From positions 46,190 to 110,189 of the forward strand of contig CAWHMN010000003.1 in assembly GCA_963830635.1 (NCBI GenBank): a stretch of 64,000 nt of DNA, written 5' to 3'. This document shows, one piece after another, positions 55,211 to 64,000 of this stretch. The translations under genes were made by a program, and so were the position numbers. The notes beneath the pieces were generated by a model, which did not search any database, was not told the DNA's origin, and worked only from the letters and a program-made list of their open reading frames with translations. Positions within the stretch are counted from its first letter, which is position 1. The number at the start of each line of letters is the position of its first letter. Source of the DNA: an uncultured Acidobacteriaceae bacterium. GTDB lineage: Bacteria > Acidobacteriota > Terriglobia > Terriglobales > Acidobacteriaceae.

Positions 55211-55609
55211 ATGGATGTGATCCGACCCTGTTTCCTCGTCATTGACCATGAGTACCCGGGCGCCATCTCCACCCGCAAACTGGTGATCGAGACCGCCAAG
55301 TTCAACGTCTTAACCGCGTATAGCTCGGCGGAAGCGCTGCTCACGCTACGCAGGTTCCCCAAGGTCGACGGCATTGTCATGGATGCGCCCATGGGCGATG
55401 AACCCTGCGCGGAACTGGTCAGACAACTGCGCGAGATTGAGCCCGATGTTCCGATCGTGGTCACCTCCGACCGTGGATACGTGGACTGCGGCCCGGTGGA
55501 GCATCACCTGGAAAGCTTCGAGCCGCGCAAACTGCTCGGAGTGCTGCAGACCTTGCGCCCCAGAGCCGCAGCCGAGATCGCCCAGCACGATAAAGGCGTT
55601 TCCAAGTAA
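55211..55609 (+). CDS. Receiver-domain-like single-domain protein (atypical acidic pocket)
   Basis: It shows a CheY-like pattern: FLVIDHEYPG ... GIVMDAPM ... IVVTSD ... EPRKLL. The usual DD pair is replaced by D-H-E. Confidence 0.45.
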   Translation: MDVIRPCFLVIDHEYPGAISTRKLVIETAKFNVLTAYSSAEALLTLRRFPKVDGIVMDAPMGDEPCAELVRQLREIEPDVPIVVTSDRGYVDCGPVEHHLESFEPRKLLGVLQTLRPRAAAEIAQHDKGVSK

Positions 55610-55647
55610 GTTTGGGTCGTCGCCGGAAGCCCCGCATCTATTAGCGC

Positions 55648-56637
55648 ATGGAGATGCGTAACCTTGGATCCTACGGTCCTGCCGTGGCCGCGCTTGCGCT
55701 GGGCTGCATGGGCATGTCCGGCATGTATGGCGCGTCCGATGAAGCGGAGAGCGTGCGCACCGTCCACGCCGCCATTGACGCCGGCATCAACCTGCTCGAC
55801 ACCGGCGATTTCTACGGCATGGGCCACAATGAACTGCTCGTTCGCAAGGCCATCGAGGGCCGGCGCGATCAGGTGTTGCTCTCCGTCAAGTTCGGCGCTC
55901 TGCGCGATCCGCGCGGCGGCTGGCTTGGGTTCGACGCCCGGCCGGCTGCGGTGAAGAATTTCCTTGCCTATAGCCTGCAGCGGCTCGGCGTCGATCACAT
56001 CGATATCTACCGGCCGGCGAGGCTCGATCCCGGCGTTCCCATCGAGGAGACCGTTGGCGCGATCGCCGAGCTCATCCAGGCCGGCTATGTGCGCTACATC
56101 GGCCTCTCGGAAGTGGGCGCCGACACCCTGCGGCGTGCGCAAAGGGTGCATCCCATCAGCGACCTGCAGATCGAGTACTCGCTGATCACCCGCGGCGTCG
56201 AGGCGGAGATCCTTCCCGCCATCCGGGAATTAGGCCTGGGCGTCACCGCCTACGGCGTCCTGTCGCGCGGCTTGCTCAGCGGGTCGGCAGCCACCGGCAA
56301 GGGCGACTTCCGCGCCTTCCTGCCCCGCTTCCGTGGCCCAAATCTTACCCAGAACAAGCGTTTCGTGGATGCCCTGGCCACCTTCGCGGGCGATCACGGC
56401 GCCACACCTGCGCAGGTCGCCGTCGCCTGGGTTCTGGCGCGTGGCGAGACCATCGTACCCGTGGTGGGCGCCCGCAAGGTGCAGCAGATCGAAGATGCGA
56501 TCCGCGCGCTCGATCTTCACCTGAGCCCGGGCGCCATGGCTGAGCTGGACGCGCTGGCAACCTCGTTTCCCGTCGCCGGCACCCGCTATGACGAACGCCA
56601 GATGCAGGCGCTCGACAGCGAACGCAGCAGTGCCTGA
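55648..56637 (+). CDS. Aldo/keto reductase
   Basis: LGCMGMSGMYG...AIDAGINLLDTGDFYG and IGLSEVGADTLRRA are typical AKR11/13-like motifs. Confidence 0.85.
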   Translation: MEMRNLGSYGPAVAALALGCMGMSGMYGASDEAESVRTVHAAIDAGINLLDTGDFYGMGHNELLVRKAIEGRRDQVLLSVKFGALRDPRGGWLGFDARPAAVKNFLAYSLQRLGVDHIDIYRPARLDPGVPIEETVGAIAELIQAGYVRYIGLSEVGADTLRRAQRVHPISDLQIEYSLITRGVEAEILPAIRELGLGVTAYGVLSRGLLSGSAATGKGDFRAFLPRFRGPNLTQNKRFVDALATFAGDHGATPAQVAVAWVLARGETIVPVVGARKVQQIEDAIRALDLHLSPGAMAELDALATSFPVAGTRYDERQMQALDSERSSA

Positions 56638-56725
56638 GCCGGCCGGGGAGCCGGTAGGCATTGAAGTTGCTGGTGCATAATGTTGGATAGAGGCGCGCCG
56701 TAAACGCCCTCCGCGGACTTCTTCT

Positions 56726-57400
56726 ATGAACCTGCCGAATTCCATCACCATGAGCCGCATCGTCTGCGTGCCGCTGCTGATCTGGATGCTCTCGGCCAGC
56801 TTTCCTTTCCGCGATGGTAAAGGGGAACAGGAACTGATCGCGGCCGCGATCTTCCTCCTGCTTTCGGCTACGGACGGCGTGGACGGCTACCTGGCCCGCA
56901 AGCGCGGGCAGGTCACCACCATGGGCATGCTGCTGGATCCGCTGGCGGACAAGCTCATGATCTCCGCCGCGTTCATCTCTCTGGTTGAATTCACGCCCAG
57001 CATTATGAAGCCGTGGATCGCCGTTCTGGTCATCGGGCGGGAATTTCTGGTAAGTGGCCTGCGCTCGATCGCCAGCGCGGAAGGCTTCACGATCGAAGCC
57101 AGCAATCTCGGCAAGTTGAAGACCATCGTGCAGATCGTATCCGTCATTGCAACGATCCTCGCCCATCGCTGGTATTCGCTGCAGTTCGGCTGGTATGTGT
57201 TCCCGATCCGCTGGACGGCCTACACCGCCATCTACTTCATGGTGCTGGTGTCCATCATCTCGGCAGTGGATTATTTCGTCGCCTTCTGGAAGAAGATCGA
57301 CCACGCCTCGTCGGACCGCCGCGAGACAGCCCGGCGCGAGGCCAGCCGCGTCCTCAGCCGTAGCAAGAAGAACCTGCCCGCGACCAATCACCTGCTCTAA
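56726..57400 (+). CDS. pgsA: CDP-diacylglycerol--glycerol-3-phosphate 3-phosphatidyltransferase
   Basis: The CDP-alcohol phosphatidyltransferase motif reads DGVDGYLARKRGQVTTMGMLLDPLADKL. Confidence 0.85.
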   Translation: MNLPNSITMSRIVCVPLLIWMLSASFPFRDGKGEQELIAAAIFLLLSATDGVDGYLARKRGQVTTMGMLLDPLADKLMISAAFISLVEFTPSIMKPWIAVLVIGREFLVSGLRSIASAEGFTIEASNLGKLKTIVQIVSVIATILAHRWYSLQFGWYVFPIRWTAYTAIYFMVLVSIISAVDYFVAFWKKIDHASSDRRETARREASRVLSRSKKNLPATNHLL

Positions 57401-57450
57401 AACGCCAGTCCGAGCGCAGCGAAGAATCCATCCGGCGCTGGCTGGACATC

Positions 57451-57483
57451 AAAGTAAAAGAAAACGGCCCGCGGGGGCGGGCC
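57451..57483 (-). terminator. Rho-independent terminator (minus strand) after the GvpF/L-like gene; could also act for pgsA
   Basis: On the minus strand, ggcccgc-cccc-gcgggcc is followed by gttttcttttacttt. Confidence 0.6.
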
Positions 57484-57508
57484 TGGTGTGTTCGTCCTTT
57501 GGGGTAGC

Positions 57509-58264
57509 TTACGCGGAGATGGCCTGGGGTATAGGCGCGGAGCGTGTAAGGCGATGGACGAAGTGATACGGCGGCCAGGGGCCGGAAAGCTGCATCTGGC
57601 AATCTTTCAGTAGCTCTTTCGCGCTGGTGAACTTGTTCTGATAGCGCGGCACGCACTTGGTGTCGATCAGATGGGAGACGTCGAGCAGCATCTTGCCGTG
57701 GTCCGTGCGCCGGCAGGTGATCTCCTCATCCAGTGGATTGAACATGCGATGCATCTGCACCGAGATAGCGCGGCCTTTGGTTTGCCGCTCCCGTTGCAGT
57801 ACGGCGCTCTCGCGCAGGTTGGTCAGATAGCCGCGGCCCACGCGATCGACGGGCGCGGAAACGGCATGGATTGCAGAGCGGCAGCAGTCATCCACCAGCA
57901 CCTTCAGGTGCATCTCGGCCTTGCCGCGCAACCGCTCGACATTGGTCGCAAACTGGCGCTGGTTGGAACGGATGGATCGCCGCAGCGCTTCATCGTCGGC
58001 GAAGATGGTGCCGAAGCGAAAGGGAAGTACGGTGGAGTGTTTGAAGCAGTCGCCGATCACGCGTGCATGGTCCACGGCTGCTTGTTGGTCCAGAGTTTCC
58101 AGGGGATTGTGTTCCGAGACGATTACGGCAAGATCACTGGCTGGGTAAAGGAAGATTTGATTTCCGGCGATTCCGGTAACTGCTTGCATCGGAACCGGTT
58201 TGCGGTGGCGGGCGAGTTCAGGGAAGGCCTGTTTCTCGCTGATGCAGTAGGCGTACCACGCCAT
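57509..58264 (-). CDS. GvpL/GvpF family protein (orphan; no other gas-vesicle genes nearby)
   Basis: YAYCI start, VLPFRFGTIF, GKAEMHLKV, GRGYL and the C-terminal LSGPWPPYHF parallel the conserved blocks of GvpF/GvpL. I set the start at ATG 58264. Confidence 0.65.
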   Translation of the reverse strand: MAWYAYCISEKQAFPELARHRKPVPMQAVTGIAGNQIFLYPASDLAVIVSEHNPLETLDQQAAVDHARVIGDCFKHSTVLPFRFGTIFADDEALRRSIRSNQRQFATNVERLRGKAEMHLKVLVDDCCRSAIHAVSAPVDRVGRGYLTNLRESAVLQRERQTKGRAISVQMHRMFNPLDEEITCRRTDHGKMLLDVSHLIDTKCVPRYQNKFTSAKELLKDCQMQLSGPWPPYHFVHRLTRSAPIPQAISA

Positions 58265-58559
58265 AGAGAGTAGCTCCATTGACGCTGGCGAAAACCTCCG
58301 CCAGTCCTTTTTGTGTAGGCACAAGGCTTCTGTTACACGCGGACATCCGACCCCGTCCTGGCACGCCCAGCGAAAGGCTGCGCCGAACTACCGCACATCC
58401 TAGTCCGCAAAGGAGAGGACTGGCAACTCTAAAGGAAAGGGAACGCAAGCGCGAAGATAATCGTTTGAACGCCGAGTAGTCTGCATATCGATGCAGGACA
58501 GGTACAACGCGCACCCACACGCACCCGTTTCGGTCGGAGTGCGGCCGCTAACGTCGACG

Positions 58560-60068
58560 CTACGAACCTTCCCCGGCTTGCTGGCGCAGCGCGTGCACCA
58601 CCACCCGCAACATCTCTTCCTCCGGCGCCGGCTTGCCGGTCCATATCTCGAACTGCCGCGCGCCCTGCTGCACGAACATCTCCACCCCCGTAATCACGGC
58701 GATGTTCTTCTCGCGCGCCATGCGGATGAGCGGAGTATCCGCCGGGTTCGACACCATATCGAAGACCAGCCGGGCATTCAATTCTTCCGGCGCCAGGATG
58801 GACTGCAGCTTCACATCCCGCATGCCCGCCGGCGTGGCGTTGAGGATCACATCGAACTTCGATTTCGCCACCTGCTCCCGCCGGATGCTCTTCGCCTTGG
58901 CCTTCCGCGCCAGTTGCTGCGCCGCCTCCGGGGTGCGGTTCAGGATCAGCACCTCCGCGCCCTTCTCCACCAGCCCGAAGACCGCCGCCCGGGCCGCGCC
59001 GCCGGCTCCGAGCACCAGCACCCGCGCTCCCTTGAGCGAGAGCCTGCGTTCCAGCGGCCGTAGCACCCCGCCTACGTCGGTATTGAAGCCGAACAGGCTG
59101 CCGTCCGCTCCACGCACCAGTGTGTTGCTCGCTCCCACCTTGGCCGAGAGCGCGTCGGTCTTGGCCAGGTGCGGCAGGATCTCTTCCTTCAGCGGCATGG
59201 TGATGGAGAGCCCGTGGAGAGGCACCTCGCGCACCAGCGTCAACAGGTCGGGCAGCCTTCGCGTTTCGAGCGGAAGAAACACCGCGTTCACCGTCAGACG
59301 GCGGAAGGCGGCATTCATCATCGCGGGCGAGAGCGAGTGGCGCACCGGGTTGCCGGCCACGCCATACACCCGCGTCGCGCGGTCCACCTGGCCGATGCGG
59401 TAGATATCGGTCAGCGCGCGGCTGGCAATCTGCCCCTCTCCGGTCTCTTCCCCCTCGCTGGCTGCGGCAAAGGTGAAGGCGCTGCCCGCCCGCAAGCCCA
59501 GCACGCGGCTGATCACGCCCGCCTCTCCCATGCAGATCCCGATCAGGTTCACGCGATCGCTATGGCGCTCCAGCAGGCGCAGCATGCGTACGTTGTCGGT
59601 CAGCGTCTTCGCTGTCGAGACGATCTTGATGAACTCCGGCGCGTACGGCAGGATGCGGTCCAGCACGCTGTCCAGGTCCTTGGTCGCGCTGAAGTCGTGA
59701 TACGAAAGCAGCAGCGCCGCTCCGCGCGAGCGCAGGCGGTCGAGCTCCGCCTCCTTGAGCTGCTCGGCCGACTCAATCTCCATGTCCACCAGGTGGAAGC
59801 CCAGCAGGGCAGCCTTCTCCAGTACCTCAAGCTGCTCGCGGACCTCGCCCACAAAGCGGCCGCCGGCTTCCGTGCGGCGGCAGGTGGCGATGGCCACCAG
59901 CTCGCTGCGCTCCTCCAGGAACTGCTTCAGCTTGGGCAGCGCCGTCACTGGATTGTTAAGGTAATCGAGGCGTAGCTCCAGGAATGGATAGTCGCGCGCG
60001 GCCGCGGCGGCGCGCTCCATCATCTCCGCCGCCGAACGCCCGGTGACCGCGATGCAAACGCGGCCCAT
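58560..60068 (-). CDS. Bifunctional type I 3-dehydroquinate dehydratase / shikimate 5-dehydrogenase
   Basis: The N-terminal half is DHQase-I-like (CIAVTG...LELRLDYL...YHDF). The C-terminal half is AroE (YGVAGNPVRHSLSPAMMNAAF, LGAGGAARA). The start is ATG 60068. Confidence 0.85.
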   Translation of the reverse strand: MGRVCIAVTGRSAAEMMERAAAAARDYPFLELRLDYLNNPVTALPKLKQFLEERSELVAIATCRRTEAGGRFVGEVREQLEVLEKAALLGFHLVDMEIESAEQLKEAELDRLRSRGAALLLSYHDFSATKDLDSVLDRILPYAPEFIKIVSTAKTLTDNVRMLRLLERHSDRVNLIGICMGEAGVISRVLGLRAGSAFTFAAASEGEETGEGQIASRALTDIYRIGQVDRATRVYGVAGNPVRHSLSPAMMNAAFRRLTVNAVFLPLETRRLPDLLTLVREVPLHGLSITMPLKEEILPHLAKTDALSAKVGASNTLVRGADGSLFGFNTDVGGVLRPLERRLSLKGARVLVLGAGGAARAAVFGLVEKGAEVLILNRTPEAAQQLARKAKAKSIRREQVAKSKFDVILNATPAGMRDVKLQSILAPEELNARLVFDMVSNPADTPLIRMAREKNIAVITGVEMFVQQGARQFEIWTGKPAPEEEMLRVVVHALRQQAGEGS

Positions 60069-60269
60069 GCGTCCTCGCAGGTGGTGAACGGTTGCGAGTT
60101 GTCGCGTCGCTGGCATGCGAGGGATGGCGGCATACTACTTACCCCGGTGCAGGGATGCAAGCACCGTACACAGGGCGCGGCCAAACCAGCGGCCCGGGTG
60201 CGAATGCGATACGCTGGGACGCAGGCGTTCATGGATAGCAGGCAGAAAGGAACATCTTTGGAGAGCGCG

Positions 60270-62264
60270 ATGACCAAGGCTGCGGGACAGCATGCATGGA
60301 GCGTTGAACGCCGGGAAGGCACGAAGAACGTGCCGGCACTGGAACCGGAGCAGCTCGAAGCCTGGACCACTGGCAAGCTGTCCGCGCACGCATCCAGCCT
60401 GGAGCAGTTGCTGGCCGTGAGCGGCGCCCGCACGCCGGAAAACACCTGGCGTCCGTATGACGATGCCGTCTCCGCGCTCTCGGTCGCGGCGTCAGAGTGC
60501 TCGCTGCTGAACAGCGTCCATCCCGACAAGGCGGTGCGCGATATGGGGCAGCAACTGGCGCAGCGCGTGGCCGAAGCCGCAACCGCGCTGTCTCTCAATT
60601 CCGCCGTCTACCAGGCTCTGCAGGCCGCCGACCTCTCCGCCGCGGACGCGGCTACGCGCCACTACGCCGAGCGCACCCTGCTGCAATACCGGCTGGCCGG
60701 CGTCGACCGCGACGAAGCCACACGCGCCCGGCTGCGCCAGCTTCAGGACAACGCCACCCTACTCGGCCTGACCATGAGCCGCAACGTGCAGGAGGGCACA
60801 TTGCGGGTGGAGGTGAAGGATCCCGCGGAACTCGCCGGCCTGCCGGACGACTTCCTCCGCAACCATCCGCCGTCCGAATTCGGGACTGTCGAGCTCACTA
60901 CCGACTACCCCGACTACCTGCCGGTCATGACCTTCGCCCGGAGCGACGCCCTGCGCCGCCGCATGTTCCTCGCCTACAACACCCGCGCCTTCCCGGCGAA
61001 CCGGCAGCTTCTGCTCGACCTGCTCCGTACCCGGCATGAGATTGCGAACCTGCTCGGCTTCGCCACTTGGGCGGACCTCGCCACCGCCGACCAGATGATC
61101 GGCTCGGCCGCCAATATGAAGCAGTTCCTCGACAGACTGGAGACCGCCACCCGCCAGGGCGCTCAGCGCGAGTATCGGGCTGTTCTGGACTTTGCTCAGC
61201 GCGAGAAGCCTGGGCTCGCCGCCATGGACGCCGCCAGCCGCGGCTACTGGCTGGAGCAGTACCGCCGCTCCGCCTACGCCTTTGACTCGCAGGTGGTGCG
61301 GCCCTATTTCCCGTATGCGCAGGTCGAGGCCGGCATACTGGAGACTGCGGCGCGCCTCTTCCATGTCGAGTTCCGCCCTGCGCCGGATGCCGAAGTCTGG
61401 CACCCCTCCGTCTCCGCCTGGGATGTGATGGACCGAGGCGAGCGCAAAGGCCGCTTCTACCTGGACATGCACCCGCGCGAGGGCAAGGACAAGTGGTTCA
61501 GCGCGGCGCCGCTGGTGCCCGGCATCCGCGGCCGCCAGTGGCCGGAGGCAGCGCTCATCTGCAACTTCCCCGGCGGCAAGCCGGAAGATCCCGGCCTGAT
61601 GCAACACTCCGATGTCGTCACCTACTTTCATGAGTTCGGCCATCTGATGCACGCCATCCTGGGCGGCCAGCAGGCGTGGGCCGGCATCAGCGGCATCGCC
61701 ACCGAAGGCGACTTCGTCGAAGTGCCCTCGCAGATGCTCGAAGAGTTCTTCCGGGATCCCCGGCTGCTGCAGCGCTTTGCCCGCCACTACCAGACGGGCG
61801 AGCCGATCCCGACGGATTTGGTTCAAACGATGAACCGCGCCGGCGCCTTTGGCCGCGCCGACTGGGTACGCACCCAGCTTTTCTACACCCGCTATTCGCT
61901 CGATGTGCACGACCACGACCCCGCTTCGCTCGATCTCGACGCGCTCCTCGAGAGCGACTACCGGCGCTTCCTGCCCTACACCTGGATCGAGGGCAACCGC
62001 ATGTATGCCAGCTTCGGTCACCTGGTCGGCTATTCGTCGAACTACTACACCTATCTCTATGACAAGGTGATTGCCATCGACTTCTTCAACCAGTTCGACG
62101 GCAACGCCTTGGTTGAGGGCCCGGCCGCCATGCGGTATCGCGACGCGGTGCTCGACCGGGGTGGTTCGGAGCCCGGACGGACCCTGGTCAGGAACTTTCT
62201 CGGTCGTGATGAAAGCCTCACATCCTTCGAGACCTGGATCGCCGAAGCCCTGCCGGCCGGCTGA
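60270..62264 (+). CDS. M3 family metallopeptidase (oligopeptidase A / Dcp / thimet-like)
   Basis: The zinc motif is HEFGHLMH with a downstream E...EVPSQ. The start is uncertain. I preferred ATG 60270 (GGAGAG 5 nt upstream); the track start at 60081 overlaps the divergent aro gene region. Confidence 0.8.
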   Translation: MTKAAGQHAWSVERREGTKNVPALEPEQLEAWTTGKLSAHASSLEQLLAVSGARTPENTWRPYDDAVSALSVAASECSLLNSVHPDKAVRDMGQQLAQRVAEAATALSLNSAVYQALQAADLSAADAATRHYAERTLLQYRLAGVDRDEATRARLRQLQDNATLLGLTMSRNVQEGTLRVEVKDPAELAGLPDDFLRNHPPSEFGTVELTTDYPDYLPVMTFARSDALRRRMFLAYNTRAFPANRQLLLDLLRTRHEIANLLGFATWADLATADQMIGSAANMKQFLDRLETATRQGAQREYRAVLDFAQREKPGLAAMDAASRGYWLEQYRRSAYAFDSQVVRPYFPYAQVEAGILETAARLFHVEFRPAPDAEVWHPSVSAWDVMDRGERKGRFYLDMHPREGKDKWFSAAPLVPGIRGRQWPEAALICNFPGGKPEDPGLMQHSDVVTYFHEFGHLMHAILGGQQAWAGISGIATEGDFVEVPSQMLEEFFRDPRLLQRFARHYQTGEPIPTDLVQTMNRAGAFGRADWVRTQLFYTRYSLDVHDHDPASLDLDALLESDYRRFLPYTWIEGNRMYASFGHLVGYSSNYYTYLYDKVIAIDFFNQFDGNALVEGPAAMRYRDAVLDRGGSEPGRTLVRNFLGRDESLTSFETWIAEALPAG

Positions 62265-62555
62265 ACTCGATAGACCAGCGCAGAGCTCTCGCGCACTGTC
62301 CTGCGGCTGTATTCGCCCGGGCAGGTAAGACGCGAACTCGCGATTCCCTGAGATCCCCTTGAAATCCCTGTGCGCCACCGTCGCGCTCGAGCCTCGCGGC
62401 AGTCCAAAAACACGGCACAAAAGAAAATTCAAAAAGAGCTTGACATCTATCTAGTGTTATAGCTAACTATATCAGCACATCGGCAAACGGATTTCGGTCG
62501 GCTCCCAGGCAGACCGATCCGAGGCAGAAAAGTGAATTGGCAAGGAGAACGCACT

Positions 62556-63101
62556 ATGAAACCCCTCCGTCTTATCCTCACGGCCGCCATCCTGTCGCTC
62601 ACCACCGCGGCCTTCGCCCAATCCGGCGTGCCGAGCCAGTCCGACGCGCAAAAATCCTTTGAGGCGCTGAAAACGCTGGCCGGCTCCTGGCAAGGCGTCA
62701 TGGATGGCAAGCCCGTCGACGTCTCCCTGCGCGTCACCTCCATGGGGAACGCGCTCATGCACGAGATATCGGCCACGGGCCGGCCCGATGACCCCATCAC
62801 CATGTTCAACCTGGATGGGGATCGCCTGCTGATGACCCACTACTGTGACGCGGGCAATCAGCCTCGCCTGGTGGCAACGGTTTCGCCTGACGGCAAGACC
62901 ATCACCTTCGACTTCGTGGACGCGACTAACCTGAAGGCCGGGCAAATGGGCCACATGCAGCATGTCGTCTTCCATCTCATCGATGCCGACCACCACACTG
63001 AGCTCTGGCAATTCGCCATGGCGAACGGCAAGCCGATGGGTGGATTGCTGGACCTGAAGCGCACCGGGCCGAGCAATTCCGCCGCGAAAAACGGGCGATA
63101 A
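62556..63101 (+). CDS. Hypothetical secreted protein (about 180 aa, beta-rich)
   Basis: The signal peptide is MKPLRLILTAAILSLTTAAFAQ. AAGGAGA lies upstream of ATG 62556. Confidence 0.6.
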   Translation: MKPLRLILTAAILSLTTAAFAQSGVPSQSDAQKSFEALKTLAGSWQGVMDGKPVDVSLRVTSMGNALMHEISATGRPDDPITMFNLDGDRLLMTHYCDAGNQPRLVATVSPDGKTITFDFVDATNLKAGQMGHMQHVVFHLIDADHHTELWQFAMANGKPMGGLLDLKRTGPSNSAAKNGR

Positions 63102-63192
63102 AGTCCGGAGCGGGTGCGTCGGTCTTTCGAGCGCGACCGCTCCGCACCTCTCTCTTTGAGCTATCTCATACCTGGAGTATCTGGAACCTCGG

Positions 63193-63627
63193 ATGGATCT
63201 TGAGTGGAACGACAGCCAACCCATTTACCGCCAGCTTCGGGACCGCGTCGTCGCGATGATCCTCGACGGCGTGCTCAAGGAAGGCGATCCGTTGCCGTCG
63301 GTGCGCAACGTCGCCGCCGAGTACCGGGTCAATCCGCTCACGGTGTTGAAGGGCTATCAGCAACTGGCGGACGAGAGGCTCGTCGAAACCAGGCGAGGCC
63401 GCGGCATGTTCATCAATGATGGTGCGCGCAGCCGGTTGCTCGAGGGCGAACGGCAGAAGTTTCTGAGCGAAGAATGGCCCCGCGTTCGCGCCACCATGCA
63501 ACGGCTTGGCCTCCGGGCAGAAGAACTCCTGCACGCCGCCAGCCGCCCGGCGCCTTCTCCAGCCGTACCGTCCAATCCTCCCCCCGAACATCTTTCCCCT
63601 GCGAATACTCCAAAGGAGGAACGTTGA
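63193..63627 (+). CDS. GntR family transcriptional regulator (YtrA-like, short effector domain)
   Basis: The winged-HTH reads PIYRQLRDRVVAMILDGVLKEGDPLPSVRNVAAEYRVNPLTVLKGYQQLADERLVETRRGRGMFI. It is followed by an ABC ATPase, as in ytrA-type operons. Confidence 0.85.
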   Translation: MDLEWNDSQPIYRQLRDRVVAMILDGVLKEGDPLPSVRNVAAEYRVNPLTVLKGYQQLADERLVETRRGRGMFINDGARSRLLEGERQKFLSEEWPRVRATMQRLGLRAEELLHAASRPAPSPAVPSNPPPEHLSPANTPKEER

Positions 63628-63631
63628 AGCC

Positions 63632-64000
63632 ATGGCATGCATAGAAGCCCGCGGCCTTCGCAAAGCGTTCGGCACCACCATCGCGCTCGACGGGATCAAC
63701 CTCCGGGTGGACGAGGGCCGCATCCTCGGACTTATCGGACCGAACGGCGCAGGTAAGACCACCGCGCTCAACGCGATCCTCGGCCTCACTCCTTACCAGG
63801 GAGCGCTGAACGTGCTCGGGCGCGACCCCTGGACCGAGCGCGATCAGCTCATGCGCGACGTCTGCTTCATCGCCGACGTAGCCGTACTGCCGCGCTGGAT
63901 GCGCGTATCGCAGGCGCTCGACTACGTCGCCGGCGTGCATCCTCGATTCGATCGTGCGAAGGCGGAAGGTTTTCTCGCCAGGACGACCATCGCACGCACC
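63632..64000 (+). CDS. ABC transporter ATP-binding protein, N-terminal fragment (3' end outside window)
   Basis: IEARGLRKAFGTTIALDGINLRVDEGRILGLIGPNGAGKTT (Walker A). AAGGAGGA lies upstream. Confidence 0.85.
   Translation, partial: MACIEARGLRKAFGTTIALDGINLRVDEGRILGLIGPNGAGKTTALNAILGLTPYQGALNVLGRDPWTERDQLMRDVCFIADVAVLPRWMRVSQALDYVAGVHPRFDRAKAEGFLARTTIART

Noticed and set aside
60759-62432. 557-aa minus-strand ORF opposite the M3 peptidase
   Set aside because: It is a shadow ORF. The plus strand carries HEFGH and the full M3 pattern.
1-64000. CRISPR arrays, IS elements, prophage, toxin-antitoxin or recognised defence systems
   Set aside because: I saw no regularly spaced repeats, transposase or integrase-like translations, phage structural genes or small paired TA-like ORFs. 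The only repeats are short REP-like elements and one 14-bp tandem array.

Overview
The window is high-GC bacterial chromosome. By gene content it is probably Acidobacteriota/Terriglobia: it has a GWxTD protein, CarboxypepD_reg outer-membrane proteins and short 'cctgagcgaag...' REP-like repeats. It is densely coding on both strands, with about 55 supportable CDS and one tRNA-Lys(CTT). I found no rRNA, CRISPR array, transposase, integrase or prophage genes. Housekeeping content includes larE-larC-larB (nickel-pincer cofactor), ku, ctaA, proC, apt-acyP-efp, trpE and trpG, gdh, pgsA, a fused aroD-aroE, an M3 peptidase and an ars cluster (acr3-arsC plus divergent arsI). The most unusual region is 26.4-39.5 kb. 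It holds ten translationally coupled + strand genes: a CmoB-like methyltransferase, a GH39-like hydrolase that looks circularly permuted, two SDR epimerase/dehydratases (one with a 4-Cys insert), a B12-binding radical SAM enzyme, a GT4, three tandem CgeB-like paralogs and a PLP decarboxylase. A convergent HAD phosphatase/GT9 pair follows. No product in this region has an obvious membrane segment and there is no export gene, so it does not look like a normal EPS or O-antigen locus and its product is unknown. It is transcribed divergently from a GGDEF cyclase and a CHASE3/PAS histidine kinase. Other points worth a second look:
- a 968-aa orphan membrane-anchored protein
- a GWxTD + outer-membrane barrel pair
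- an orphan GvpF/L-like gene
- an EF-P whose normally modified loop-tip Lys/Arg position reads Asn
- trpE and trpG separated by a 5 kb accessory block (tandem Tat-signal ferritin-like paralogs, LysM, ars genes)
- short direct repeats bracketing single genes

All calls come from reading the translations and the DNA by eye. No database search was run.
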